Shown one piece after another: positions 39,639 through 50,086 of a stretch of 64,000 nt of DNA. The position numbers and the translations under genes are program-made. Origin of the DNA: Candidatus Nomurabacteria bacterium GW2011_GWD2_36_14. GTDB lineage: Bacteria > Patescibacteriota > Minisyncoccia > Phycocordibacterales > UBA9973. Numbering within the stretch: position 1 is the first letter of the stretch; every line of letters starts with the position of its first letter. The notes beneath the pieces are model-generated. The model did not search any database. It was not told the origin of the DNA and was given only the letters and a program-made list of their open reading frames with translations. The stretch lies in the NCBI GenBank assembly GCA_000991405.1, contig LBRL01000001.1, positions 145,547-209,546 of the forward strand, in the 5' to 3' direction.

Positions 39639-41011
39639 AATTATACAACACACTATCCAGAGAGAAAGAAGAATTCAAGCCAATATCAGGTATGGATGTA
39701 GGCTTGTATACTTGCGGGCCTACGGTCTACAACTATGCCCACATAGGCAATATGCGTACTTATGTATTTGAAGATGTGTTGAAGAGAGTGCTAGCTTACA
39801 ATGACTACAAAGTGAAGCATGTCATGAACATTACCGACGTCGGGCACCTAACTGGTGACCGAGACATGGGCGAAGACAAAATAGAGAAGGAATCCAAAAA
39901 GGAGAACAAGTCAGCTTGGCAGATAGCGGAATTCTATACGGAAGGATTCAAAGAAGATTTGCTAAACTTGAATATCATTTTCCCTGACATATTCTGTAAA
40001 GCAACAGAGAACATAGATGAGCAAATAGAAATGATAGAAGTATTAGAAAAGAAAGGTTTTACTTATAAAACAAGTGATGGAATATATTTTGATACAGGGA
40101 AAGTGAAGGATTATACCAAGCTTTCTCATCAGAAGTTGGAAGACCTAAAAGAAGGCGCACGGGTGGAAGTAAACGACGAGAAGAGGAACGCTACAGATTT
40201 CGCTCTTTGGAAATTCTCACCAAAGGATACCAAAAGGCAAATGGAGTGGGAGAGTCCTTGGGGTGTCGGTTTCCCCGGCTGGCACATAGAATGCTCGGCT
40301 ATGAGTGTGAAGTACTTGGGAGAACATTTCGATATTCATGCAGGAGGAGTAGATCATATAAGTATTCACCATACCAACGAGCTTGCCCAAACAGAAAGTG
40401 CTACTGGCAAGGAGCCTTGGGTCAACTACTGGATTCACGGAGAATTTATGAATATCAAGGATGGCGAGAAAATGGCCAAGAGTACTGGCAATTTCCTCAC
40501 TCTCAAAAGTGAATTCTTAGATAAAGATATTAGTCCTCTTGTGTACCGTTTCGCTACGTTTGGAGTGCACTATAGAAAGCAAATGGAATGGAATAGTGAG
40601 ATAGTAGTGCAAGCAGAAACAAGTTACAACAATCTTTTAAATAAGGTGAAAGCTTTAGGTAAGGATGTAGGTTTTGTAAATATGGAGTTAAAAGAGAGAT
40701 TCCTAGATAGTATCAACGATGACTTGAATATGCCGAAGGCTCTAGCTGTCCTCAATGAAGTATTCAAGTACGGCATTTCCAATGCAGACAAACTTGCCAC
40801 CATCCTCGACTTTGATAAAGTCTTGGGGCTTGGTTTGAGTAATATAAAGGAAGAAGTAATACCAAATGAAGTTAAAAACTTAGCCGAAGAGCGACTCCTC
40901 GCCCGCAATCAGAAAGACTGGCAAAAGAGCGACGAGCTAAGAGACCAAATAAAAAAAATGGGCTATGAAGTAAAAGATGTAGAAGGAGGATATGAAATAA
41001 GTAAAATGTAG
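39629..41011 (+). CDS. cysS: Cysteinyl-tRNA synthetase
   Basis: [13 protein letters not shown] (HIGH), KMAKSTGN (KMSKS), WHIECSAM zinc site. Confidence 0.9.
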   Translation: MALKLYNTLSREKEEFKPISGMDVGLYTCGPTVYNYAHIGNMRTYVFEDVLKRVLAYNDYKVKHVMNITDVGHLTGDRDMGEDKIEKESKKENKSAWQIAEFYTEGFKEDLLNLNIIFPDIFCKATENIDEQIEMIEVLEKKGFTYKTSDGIYFDTGKVKDYTKLSHQKLEDLKEGARVEVNDEKRNATDFALWKFSPKDTKRQMEWESPWGVGFPGWHIECSAMSVKYLGEHFDIHAGGVDHISIHHTNELAQTESATGKEPWVNYWIHGEFMNIKDGEKMAKSTGNFLTLKSEFLDKDISPLVYRFATFGVHYRKQMEWNSEIVVQAETSYNNLLNKVKALGKDVGFVNMELKERFLDSINDDLNMPKALAVLNEVFKYGISNADKLATILDFDKVLGLGLSNIKEEVIPNEVKNLAEERLLARNQKDWQKSDELRDQIKKMGYEVKDVEGGYEISKM

Positions 41012-41023
41012 CATGAATAAATT

Positions 41024-41054
41024 AAAATGCACTAGGTCTTGCCTAGTGCATTTT
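41024..41054 (+). terminator. Hairpin aaaatgcactagg-tcttg-cctagtgcatttt after cysS
   Basis: 13-bp stem plus T4. The core 15-mer ctaggtcttgcctag is the reverse complement of the one at 11328..11342. Confidence 0.7.
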
Positions 41055-41342
41055 AATGGTATTGCAATAAAGATATTTATATTTTATAATCAAAATATGG
41101 TTAAACAAGCAAATTATACCAATATAGCATGGTGGACAGCTCACATAAGTGGGTAATCTTTTGTTGTATTTATAATTTATTTCTAAAATATTAACAAGAA
41201 TATACCCACAAAACGTGGGCTTTTTTTATTTGTAACTTATTAAATTATGGAAAAATTTATTTTTAAACAACATTGTACTGAATTCTGGCGCAAATAACAT
41301 TGTGTTTATTGCTTATAAATTATTATTTTAAACTTAAATTAT

Positions 41343-42548
41343 ATGAAAAACAATATTAAATCATTAAAGAATTTACCAGATGAAAGTGGATATTATGGAA
41401 AATTTGGCGGAAGTTTCATACCTCCACAGCTAGTAGAGCCTCTTAAGGAAATAGAAAGAGAATATATAAAAGCAAAAAATGATCCTGATTTCCAGAAAGA
41501 ATATAGAGACTTACTTACAAATTATGTTGGGCGTCCTTCCCCTCTTTACTTTGCTAAAAATTTATCAACAAAGCTTGGTGGAGCAAAAATATATCTTAAG
41601 CGAGAAGATCTGAATCACACTGGTGCCCATAAAATAAATCATTGTCTTGGAGAAGTATTACTAGCAAAAAGAATGGGTAAGAATAAAGTTTTAGCAGAAA
41701 CTGGAGCAGGTCAGCATGGAGTGGCTCTAGCTACCGCTGCTGCCCTACTTGGTCTTGAGTGCGAAATACATATGGGTTCTATTGATATAGAAAAGGAACA
41801 TCCAAATGTAATCCGTATGAAATTACTAGGTGCTAAAGTTGTAGAAGTTACGTCAGGAGGTAAGTGTCTCAAGGATGCAGTTGATAGCGCTTTTGCAACA
41901 TTTATAAATGAATACAAGACAACATTCTTTGCTATAGGTTCAGTAGTGGGACCTCATCCATATCCTATGATAGTTAGAGATTTTCAATCTATTGTTGGCA
42001 AGGAAGCAAAAGAACAAATATTGAAACAGGAAGATAGATTACCAGATTATGTAATAGGCTGTGTTGGTGGTGGCTCTAATGCTATTGGATTATTTCATGA
42101 ATTTCTTGATGATGAAGTTAAACTTGTAGGTGTTGAACCAGCAGGTATCGGATCAGGAGTTGGTGAACATGCAGCTACTATTACTTATGGAACAGAGGGA
42201 GTCATACATGGTATGAAGACGATTGTATTACAAGATAAAAATGGAGAACCCAACAGTGTTCACTCCATTGCATCTGGATTAGACTATCCAGGAGTTGGCC
42301 CTATTCATGCTTATCTGAAAGATATTGGAAGAGTAGAATATACTAGAGCTTCTGATGATGAGACAATTAAGGCATTCTTAGAATTGTCTAAAGTTGAGGG
42401 AATTATTCCAGCTTTAGAAAGTGCTCATGCCATAGCTTATGTAATGAATCTAGCTCCAACTCTTAGTAAAGACAAAATTATTATCGTGAATCTTTCAGGT
42501 CGTGGAGATAAAGATATTGATTATGTAGCTAAGTTGTTAAAAATTTAA
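41343..42548 (+). CDS. trpB: Tryptophan synthase beta chain (canonical TrpB1 type), orphan
   Basis: Near-collinear with E. coli TrpB: [66 protein letters not shown]. No trpA or other trp genes are nearby. Confidence 0.9.
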   Translation: MKNNIKSLKNLPDESGYYGKFGGSFIPPQLVEPLKEIEREYIKAKNDPDFQKEYRDLLTNYVGRPSPLYFAKNLSTKLGGAKIYLKREDLNHTGAHKINHCLGEVLLAKRMGKNKVLAETGAGQHGVALATAAALLGLECEIHMGSIDIEKEHPNVIRMKLLGAKVVEVTSGGKCLKDAVDSAFATFINEYKTTFFAIGSVVGPHPYPMIVRDFQSIVGKEAKEQILKQEDRLPDYVIGCVGGGSNAIGLFHEFLDDEVKLVGVEPAGIGSGVGEHAATITYGTEGVIHGMKTIVLQDKNGEPNSVHSIASGLDYPGVGPIHAYLKDIGRVEYTRASDDETIKAFLELSKVEGIIPALESAHAIAYVMNLAPTLSKDKIIIVNLSGRGDKDIDYVAKLLKI

Positions 42549-42552
42549 TCCC

Positions 42553-42591
42553 AAAAATCTTCCCCTAGGCAAGGCCTAGGGGAAGATTTTT
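42553..42591. terminator. Bidirectional hairpin aaaaatcttcccctagg-caagg-cctaggggaagattttt
   Basis: 17-bp stem between convergent trpB and the histidine kinase gene. Confidence 0.75.
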
Positions 42592-42607
42592 AATTTATAA
42601 TTCCTAA

Positions 42608-44248
42608 TTATTTAACCGCTCCAAGTTCCATGAAGAAGGTCGAGCCTTTGCCCATGCCTTCGGACTCAACGTATACACGGCCTCCATGAGCTTCTGAGAT
42701 CTCCTTGGTGAGGTACAAGCCCAAGCCCGTGCCGGAAGTGTTCATACGAGCACCTTCACCACGAGCAAACTTCTGGAACAGTGTAGCCTTGATCTCTGGA
42801 GTCATACCCATACCTGTATCCTTTACGGAGAACAAAACCTTGTCCCCCACTTTTTCGACTTTCACATTTATCTCCCCTGTCTTTGTGTATTTGATGGAGT
42901 TATCGACAAAGTTTATAACAACTTGGCGAATCTTGTCCTTGTCACCATTAACCATACAATCCTTCACACCTTCTGACAAGAAGTTCATTTTGAGACCCTT
43001 GCCTTCTGCAACAATGGAAAGTTCTTTGGTCACAGACTCTGCAACTTCATTCATATCAAATGGAGCCATATCATACTTCATGCCTCCCTGCTCAATCTTA
43101 GACACGTTCAGTAAGTCTTCCACAATTTTAGCCAAGTTCTGACTGGATTCATATATACGAGAGATAGCATCCTTGGCTTCCTTATTCACTTCACCATAGT
43201 CTCCATCCACAACCATGGAAGCATAACCCTTTATGGCTGTCAGTGGGCTTCGTAGCTGATGTGAAGCCAGCGACACGAATTCACTCTTCAATTTATCAAG
43301 TCCTTTCAACTTTTCATTGGCATTTTCTAGGTCGCTATTTGATTGCTCTAATTTCAATCTTAATACTTCTAATCTTTCACGTTGCCTTATTTCTTTTATA
43401 ACACTACGTATTAGATTTATACCAAAAACAAGGAACAAAAAGAATACACACCCTCTAAATATAATCATTAATAATGTTTCGGAAAATATAACTTCAACGA
43501 GTAGAACAACAGAAAGTATAAATACTAAAACTGCCGTTGCTGCAACTTTTATATTAAATAAATGTCGTTTTAAAATAGCCACAGCTGTAAATATTACAAA
43601 AGGAAATGTAAAAAGTGCTCCAAGGGGTATATATCGTGTATTATCAGACATTACAGGTAAAATAAGATTAAATAAAATTATTGATGTAAACATTATTAAT
43701 ACACCTACAACAATTAAATTTATTTGGGAACGTAGTTCATCTTTAGCTAAATTTAATTTTCTTAAAATTACCACAAATCCACTAATAACCAATGAGAGGG
43801 CTACAAAAATAAATATAAATATTCCTGAAGCTGGAACAGGATGTGACACAACATCCCCTGGAACTCTGGTAATTGAAGAAAATACATAAGGGGTTAATGT
43901 TAAAATAGCTGTAGCAAAAGCAATCGGAATGACCCCAATCTTAAACCATTTAGGAAATATTATGACTTCTTGAGGAAATACAAACATTAATGTAAAAAAA
44001 GACAAAGATTGAAGAACTGCAAAAAATATTACAAATCGAATAGTCCACAAAATTAATAAATCATTATTGATATTATAATTTAAATAATTAGTTACACCCC
44101 ATGCCAATGTAACCATCGAAAAAATAAAAAATATTTTATTCGTTAGACTTTTTCTATTACTAAAATAAACAACAAAACCAAGTAAGCCTGTTCCTGCAAC
44201 AGAAACACCTACCGTTAATAAATCTAAATTTATGCCTGATTGAAACAT
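42608..44248 (-). CDS. Sensor histidine kinase with a ~8-TM N-terminal domain (orphan; no response regulator adjacent)
   Basis: H-box ASHQLRSPLTAIKGY, plus N, G1 (DTGMGM) and G2 (GTGLGLYL) boxes. Its start codon abuts the stop of the upstream gene. Confidence 0.85.
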   Translation of the reverse strand: MFQSGINLDLLTVGVSVAGTGLLGFVVYFSNRKSLTNKIFFIFSMVTLAWGVTNYLNYNINNDLLILWTIRFVIFFAVLQSLSFFTLMFVFPQEVIIFPKWFKIGVIPIAFATAILTLTPYVFSSITRVPGDVVSHPVPASGIFIFIFVALSLVISGFVVILRKLNLAKDELRSQINLIVVGVLIMFTSIILFNLILPVMSDNTRYIPLGALFTFPFVIFTAVAILKRHLFNIKVAATAVLVFILSVVLLVEVIFSETLLMIIFRGCVFFLFLVFGINLIRSVIKEIRQRERLEVLRLKLEQSNSDLENANEKLKGLDKLKSEFVSLASHQLRSPLTAIKGYASMVVDGDYGEVNKEAKDAISRIYESSQNLAKIVEDLLNVSKIEQGGMKYDMAPFDMNEVAESVTKELSIVAEGKGLKMNFLSEGVKDCMVNGDKDKIRQVVINFVDNSIKYTKTGEINVKVEKVGDKVLFSVKDTGMGMTPEIKATLFQKFARGEGARMNTSGTGLGLYLTKEISEAHGGRVYVESEGMGKGSTFFMELGAVK

Positions 44249-45280
44249 TTATTTTTTAATTACACTATTAACTAATAATCTTGGACTATGATGTGGGTCT
44301 TTATTATTATAACCTATTCTAAATAAAAATTCTGGATAAAACTCAGTATTTAAGACTTTTTGTAATTCTTTATTCGATTCACTATAAACACTCACTGACC
44401 CCCATGGAGAAGTTTTTATGTCTTGAGATATAGCATTAAGAGCTATATTTTGATACATTCTTCCAATTATTAATTTATCTTTCTTAGTATTATTTTTTGA
44501 AGTTAATACAATAATTTCTGGAGTATACTTTGTGAATAGAGCAGTATTTTGTTTTTCACTAAACTTATCCATATTAAATAACTTAATGAGATTAGGTACT
44601 ATTAAGGATAATATACCAGGAATTTGCATACCAAAAGCAGGAATACCAACATAAGATTCGGTAAAATTATTCTTTACATGAGTTGATAATTCCCTTCTAA
44701 ACAAATAAGAACTCATTAATTGTATAGAAGCATAATTGGCAATCTTACCAATATCAGCAATAGTTTGAGAATCTTGTATAAGTACTACTTTATGATCTGT
44801 GGTTGAAAATTTTTGAATTTTTTCTAGAAATTCATCTGGGAGATTTCTCTGTTCATATTTACCACGATTAACAATACGTCTTTTAATTTGGTGTATTAAG
44901 TGACTAGAATCTATACTTTTCGAGTGGTCTTGTGTAAATTGTAATATTGCACATAGTTCTATTTGTGGATTTTCTTCATAAACAACACTAACTGTATATC
45001 CAAAATAATCAGCCGTAACAACAATATTTTCTACTGTACATCCTATACTCACATATGATAAGTCATCGTTAGGATCACCAACTGGTAGTACTCGTACTTT
45101 TGATTTAAAAACATTTATAGATAATTTCTCCACGTCAATTTGGAATTCCCATGGTTGAGAATTATGACTCGAAGGGGCAAGAATACCAAACCTTAAGAAA
45201 AAAAGGAGTTTATCGTAATCCGATTTCTGTTCTTCAAAATCAGTGACAGAAACTTTCCAAGCATCGTAGTTGTTTGCCAT
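44249..45280 (-). CDS. Two-lobed nitroreductase-superfamily (FMN-binding fold) protein
   Basis: N-terminal APSSHNSQPWEF NTR motif. At 343 aa it is about twice the size of a single NTR, and the C-terminal half is also NTR-like (IGRMYQNIALNA...FRIGY). Confidence 0.55.
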   Translation of the reverse strand: MANNYDAWKVSVTDFEEQKSDYDKLLFFLRFGILAPSSHNSQPWEFQIDVEKLSINVFKSKVRVLPVGDPNDDLSYVSIGCTVENIVVTADYFGYTVSVVYEENPQIELCAILQFTQDHSKSIDSSHLIHQIKRRIVNRGKYEQRNLPDEFLEKIQKFSTTDHKVVLIQDSQTIADIGKIANYASIQLMSSYLFRRELSTHVKNNFTESYVGIPAFGMQIPGILSLIVPNLIKLFNMDKFSEKQNTALFTKYTPEIIVLTSKNNTKKDKLIIGRMYQNIALNAISQDIKTSPWGSVSVYSESNKELQKVLNTEFYPEFLFRIGYNNKDPHHSPRLLVNSVIKK

Positions 45281-45325
45281 ACAGTAGATATTATAGCATA
45301 AAATATAAACACATACGACAAAACA

Positions 45326-46843
45326 TTATTTTACCCATTGTTGCTTTCCGTTACCGCTAAAATATTTATGATGATGGTATGGCCAGCCAATAATTTTAGG
45401 ATAAACTTTTTTCCCCTCTAGAGAATATAGATAGGCATATTCAGAATTTCTCGAACGTAATTCTTCTACAATATAATCGGCAATTTGTTTTTTTAGCATA
45501 GGTGTCATAAAAACATTCTTTTTTAACTCAATATTTATCTCAAGGACTGAATTTAATGATTTATTTTCTTTCTTTAGAATAGTAGCTTTGCCTGTAATAA
45601 ATTTTGATAATTCTTTTCTATCAAGTGCTGTTCTAATTTCTTCTGAATAAATATTTGCTCCACGAAATACAATAACAAAATCACTTCGCGTAAATAGATA
45701 AACTATAGGCAAATTAAATACTTTGTTTGAAATACCAACTTTTTTCGCTTCGGTCAAAATATCTACTCCTACTGTCTTGCATTTTTCTAACAATTCTTTA
45801 AATGATATAACCCCACCTAAATCTGAAAAAGCATAGCGAACAAGGGGAACAGATGAACTATAGCTTGTAACAACAACTTCCCCGTTAACTTCTTCAAAAT
45901 ATGTTATATGTGGATAATATTGAGCTACTGTCGGCATAGAAATTGCATTTGGAAATAATACTTCAAATATTTTTTTATTTTTATTTGAAAGAGATCGAAT
46001 TAGTGCAGTAAGAGCGGTCTCGTGAGCAATAGTACCTTGTTCCACTGTACCATAAATATTTACAATATCAGTATATTTATTTCTAATTCCGGTCTTTTTG
46101 ATTAAATAGTTACGAAAGTTTTCTGAATACCCTTCCGCTGCTGTTAAAATGCGCATATTATATTCCTCCCAATTGATACCATGCTTTGGTCCATTATCAA
46201 TAATATCTTTTATGAATGGAGGGTAACCCATAATAACAGTATTATCATAAAATGGCATGAATTTTTTACATGAAGTTAAAAATAATTCCTTATTGGTACC
46301 AACTGGGATTATTGTTAATTTGTATCCTTTCTGTGAAAGTTTATTTAAATTTTTATAGGTAAAGACACCACCAATCCAAATACCTAAACCAAAACCTAAA
46401 ACACATAAGGTGGATTTATTCTTAGATAGACCAAACTGATTTACAAAAAATAACTCTAACGCATATTCATAATACGAATCATGCACCTCAGAACGAGGAA
46501 AATAAAAAGATTCTCCAGTAGATCCAGATGTCGCAGAAATTGTTGTTGCTTCATTTAAGGCATTCTTTGGAAAAAGTTGTTCATATGGTAGTTTACGTAA
46601 GTAATTATCTCTTCTAATAAGAGGTAAATTTTTAAAATCTTTAATATTATTTATAGGACTTTTTACATTATTCTTAATAAGAAAATGTGCATAAGCTGGT
46701 ACAGATTGTTTAGTAAAACGAAATATATCAAGAGCATTCTTTTCTCCTTGCAATTCAAGCCTTTGGGAATCAACCAACCTTAAATAATCAATTTCTTTCT
46801 TAATATTATCTGTATAGTGAAATGATAGAACCTTTTTCTTCAT
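45326..46843 (-). CDS. PaaK/CapK/F390-synthetase-like adenylate-forming ligase (ANL superfamily)
   Basis: TISATSGSTGESFYFP (Ser/Thr/Gly-rich AMP motif), GFGLGIWIGG, IYGTVEQG, 505 aa. Confidence 0.65.
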   Translation of the reverse strand: MKKKVLSFHYTDNIKKEIDYLRLVDSQRLELQGEKNALDIFRFTKQSVPAYAHFLIKNNVKSPINNIKDFKNLPLIRRDNYLRKLPYEQLFPKNALNEATTISATSGSTGESFYFPRSEVHDSYYEYALELFFVNQFGLSKNKSTLCVLGFGLGIWIGGVFTYKNLNKLSQKGYKLTIIPVGTNKELFLTSCKKFMPFYDNTVIMGYPPFIKDIIDNGPKHGINWEEYNMRILTAAEGYSENFRNYLIKKTGIRNKYTDIVNIYGTVEQGTIAHETALTALIRSLSNKNKKIFEVLFPNAISMPTVAQYYPHITYFEEVNGEVVVTSYSSSVPLVRYAFSDLGGVISFKELLEKCKTVGVDILTEAKKVGISNKVFNLPIVYLFTRSDFVIVFRGANIYSEEIRTALDRKELSKFITGKATILKKENKSLNSVLEINIELKKNVFMTPMLKKQIADYIVEELRSRNSEYAYLYSLEGKKVYPKIIGWPYHHHKYFSGNGKQQWVK

Positions 46844-46857
46844 AAGAATTATAATTA

Positions 46858-47928
46858 CTATTTTTTATTGATAATCTTTTTAGCTAATTTGTCGGCGATT
46901 CTTTCGGGAGATATATTTTCCTTATCACTATTTTTAATTATCTCACTCATTATTTTTTGTATCTTCTTAACGTTATTTTTTATTCGAGTGTTGTTGATAC
47001 TTGAGTTTTTATATTCATCCACAACACTTATAAGTCCACCCGCATTGACTATATAGTCAGGTCCGTAGAATATACCCTTATCATACAATTTATCGGCTAT
47101 ATCTGCACTCTCTAGCTGATTGTTAGCAGAACCAATTATTATTTTACACTTGAAATCTTTAATGCTCTTTTTATTTAAAGTGTAATACAGAGCACATGGC
47201 ATATAGATATCAACTTTTTGTTTATGAATATTATCAACGTCTATGATCTTTACTTTAGGAAAAAGCTTTTTTATATAAGCTAATCTTTCCTTATTTGTAT
47301 CTGAAATATAAATACTTTTAGCCTCTTTGTATACAATCTTTAGAAATTCAGAGCCCACCTTACCAACTCCTTGAATAGCAAAGGTTCTGCCTTTCATATT
47401 CTTGGTTCCAAATATCTTTTGACAAGTTGTCTCAATAGCAAAGAATAGACCAAGGGCTGTGTACTTTTCTGGATTAGAAAAGTAGCCAACTAGATACTTA
47501 GTATCTTTCTTCATTGAATCTAGGTCAGCAACAGTCAAGCCAACATCTGTCCCAGTGATAAACTGCCCCTTAAGATTGTTAAGCAGAGTAGCGTATGACT
47601 TAAACAAAGCCTCTCTAGAGAACTTCCCCTTAGGCTTTATTAGAACTGCCTTTGCTCCCCCATAAGGAAGCCCAGCTAAGGCACTTTTATAAGACATTAG
47701 TTTGGAAAGCTTCAAGGCGTCCTTTAATGCCTCTTTATCTGAAGGATATTTCAACAATCTTGTTGCTCCAAATGAAGGTAGTGAGCCATTCTTTCGATGA
47801 ATGGCAATGTATCCATGTAATTTTGTTGCTGAATTATTCAACTGTAATACCAGAAAATGATTGTCAAATTCTGGTATTTGCTTTAAAGTTTTTTTAGTTA
47901 ACAACTTACTAGATTTAATTTTATTCAT
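46858..47928 (-). CDS. Leucine/phenylalanine-type amino-acid dehydrogenase (Glu/Leu/Phe/Val DH family)
   Basis: Collinear with Bacillus LeuDH: PYGGAKAVL, AIQGVGKVG, MPCALYYTLN, IIGSANNQL, YGPDYIVNAGGLISVVDE. Confidence 0.8.
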   Translation of the reverse strand: MNKIKSSKLLTKKTLKQIPEFDNHFLVLQLNNSATKLHGYIAIHRKNGSLPSFGATRLLKYPSDKEALKDALKLSKLMSYKSALAGLPYGGAKAVLIKPKGKFSREALFKSYATLLNNLKGQFITGTDVGLTVADLDSMKKDTKYLVGYFSNPEKYTALGLFFAIETTCQKIFGTKNMKGRTFAIQGVGKVGSEFLKIVYKEAKSIYISDTNKERLAYIKKLFPKVKIIDVDNIHKQKVDIYMPCALYYTLNKKSIKDFKCKIIIGSANNQLESADIADKLYDKGIFYGPDYIVNAGGLISVVDEYKNSSINNTRIKNNVKKIQKIMSEIIKNSDKENISPERIADKLAKKIINKK

Positions 47929-48989
47929 ACAGAAAGAGTGTAATGTTTAGTTATGTATAACTTTTTATTGTTTTTAAGAATTTCTTTCACTGCGTATGTA
48001 ACGATAACTCCACCCAAAATTGCTGCACTTCCCAACTGAGACCAAGACACCAATTCTTTGTTAATAACTTTTTTAACTGACTTTATCATATTTGGATCAA
48101 CCTTATCTACTCCTCCGACAATATCGTTTACAATGAGACCACCAGCTTCTTCACGTGTTAACTTATTCTTCATAATATTATTCCAATACGATATATCTTT
48201 ATTGAAAATTTTATTATAACCCAAGTCATATCTCTCAATGTGAAGAACTACTCCATCCCCGTTGTCAGTTATCATCAATACAGGAATTTTATATTTTAAA
48301 GCTAATCTTCGAACTTCAATTTTAACTGGGAAATCATCAATCTCTTCAACAATACAATTCAGCTTTTTATTCTTTAATAAAAGTTCTAAATTTTTAGCAT
48401 TTACACCCTTTTTCATTAAAGTAACTTCCGCAAAAGGATTATCTTCATAAATGCGACGAGATGCAATGACGGTTTTATTTAAACCTATTTGATGAACACC
48501 TGCCAGAATTCTGTTTAAATTTGTTGTGTCTAAATTATCGAAATCAGCAATAGTTATAGAGTTCGATATGCCCGCTTGGGTGAGCACAAAGGCAATGTTA
48601 CTACCTACGCTCATGCCGAAGACCCCAATTTTAAAATTTGATAGCTTCTTCTGTTCCTCTTCTGTTATTAAGTCTCTGTTTCTATTGGTTTTAAGGGTTA
48701 AATAATCATTTTTTTTAACTGACTTAATCAGAGTATAATTCCAAGGATAATAAATGTGTATGAAATTATTCATATTTTCTTTTACAAAATCCAAGAAAGC
48801 TTTATCTTTATATACCTTCTTTTTATCTTCTCCTATGAACTTGTGATTCCTGATAAAAAATAATTCCTTCAACTGGTGCGAAAAAGCATCCACGTATGTT
48901 ACCTGTGAATTCTTCTTGAGAAGCTCTTTAACTTTTTTATAATCTTTAATTAATATCGGCTTATCTCCCAGGCTATCGCTTGTTTTCAT
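47925..48989 (-). CDS. E1-like ThiF/MoeB-family adenylyltransferase-fold protein with a ~120-aa N-terminal extension
   Basis: Rossmann GVFGMSVGS and DFDNLDTTNLNRI (compare DxDxVxxSNLNRQ). No C-terminal rhodanese or Cys-rich zinc motif is evident. It overlaps the LeuDH-like gene by 4 nt. Confidence 0.6.
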   Translation of the reverse strand: MKTSDSLGDKPILIKDYKKVKELLKKNSQVTYVDAFSHQLKELFFIRNHKFIGEDKKKVYKDKAFLDFVKENMNNFIHIYYPWNYTLIKSVKKNDYLTLKTNRNRDLITEEEQKKLSNFKIGVFGMSVGSNIAFVLTQAGISNSITIADFDNLDTTNLNRILAGVHQIGLNKTVIASRRIYEDNPFAEVTLMKKGVNAKNLELLLKNKKLNCIVEEIDDFPVKIEVRRLALKYKIPVLMITDNGDGVVLHIERYDLGYNKIFNKDISYWNNIMKNKLTREEAGGLIVNDIVGGVDKVDPNMIKSVKKVINKELVSWSQLGSAAILGGVIVTYAVKEILKNNKKLYITKHYTLSV

Positions 48990-49039
48990 ATATAAATAAA
49001 TTATACCATAAAGAATATTTTGTGTAAAAATATAGCGTA

Positions 49040-50086
49040 TTATGCTTCCTGCATTGTCATGCAGTGAATGGCTCCGCCACCGTAGATAATTTTCGAGCAG
49101 TCTATGCCTATTATCTTATGATTCGGAAATACAGACTGGATGATAGCTTGTGCCTTCTCATCATTCTTGTCATTGAAAACTGACATCAATACGACAGAGT
49201 TACTTATATAGAAATTCGTATAAGATACTGGAGCCTTTACACCATCGTCATAAGTCATGTGAGGCATAGGTAATTTAACAATTTTAAATTTATTACCATC
49301 TTTATCTAGCGCATTTTCTAGTATTTTGAAATTTGTATCAAGTATTGCAAAGTTTGGGTCACTTTCGTCATCTTCATAAGCACAAAGAATTGTATCTTCT
49401 GATACAAAGCGAGCTATTTCATCTATGTGTCCGTCTGTGTGGTCGTTTACCAAGCCCTCCTTCATCCAGACAATATTCTCTATTCCTAGATAATCTTTCA
49501 AATATTCTTCATACTTTTCTTTGCTCATGTCGCCATTTCTATTGGGATTTAGGAGACATTGTTCTGTCGTCATAAGAGTACCACGGCCATTACTTTCTAT
49601 TGCTCCACCTTCTAAGACTACCTCAGGTCGAAAGACTTCAGACTTCGATTTATTTATAATACTGTTGAAGACTTCATTGTCCTTCATAAGATCAGCAAAA
49701 TATGCATCATGACCTTTCCCATACGCAGTATAATTCCACTTCACAAAAGCTTTCTTGCCACTTTCTTTGTTTAATATTATTATCGGAGCGTAGTCTCTAG
49801 TCCAAACATCAGCATAATCCTCTTCAAAGAAAATAATGTTCTCCATATCGCATCCTGAATCTTGAAGTATCTTCTCTATTCTATTCTTCTCTTCACTTCT
49901 AACTATTAAGCTCACTTGCTCACTTCCTTCTAGCGCTTTGATAATTTCACAATAACTTTTCTCCACTTCGGGAATACTGTCTGGAAAGGTAGTATTGTCA
50001 TAAGGCCATGCAAGCCAAATAACTGAATGCTTTTCCCATTCTGCTGGCATACTGTAACCTAATTCTTTAGGAGTTTTTTGCATCAC
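49040..50086 (-). CDS. aguA: Agmatine deiminase (PAD-fold)
   Basis: C-terminal IYGGGAIHCMTMQE catalytic Cys motif and acidic DTDGHID-type segments. Confidence 0.8.
   Translation of the reverse strand: MMQKTPKELGYSMPAEWEKHSVIWLAWPYDNTTFPDSIPEVEKSYCEIIKALEGSEQVSLIVRSEEKNRIEKILQDSGCDMENIIFFEEDYADVWTRDYAPIIILNKESGKKAFVKWNYTAYGKGHDAYFADLMKDNEVFNSIINKSKSEVFRPEVVLEGGAIESNGRGTLMTTEQCLLNPNRNGDMSKEKYEEYLKDYLGIENIVWMKEGLVNDHTDGHIDEIARFVSEDTILCAYEDDESDPNFAILDTNFKILENALDKDGNKFKIVKLPMPHMTYDDGVKAPVSYTNFYISNSVVLMSVFNDKNDEKAQAIIQSVFPNHKIIGIDCSKIIYGGGAIHCMTMQEA

Noticed and set aside
41343-42548. TrpB2 (archaeal-type stand-alone) assignment for the orphan trpB
   Set aside because: Length (401 aa) and motif-by-motif collinearity match canonical TrpB1 of the E. 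coli type, not the longer TrpB2.
42608-48989. Reading the E1-like plus nitroreductase-fold pair as a TOMM (thiazole/oxazole RiPP) cluster
   Set aside because: No YcaO cyclodehydratase and no precursor-peptide ORF are present in or next to the cluster. It is kept only as a loose analogy in the finding.
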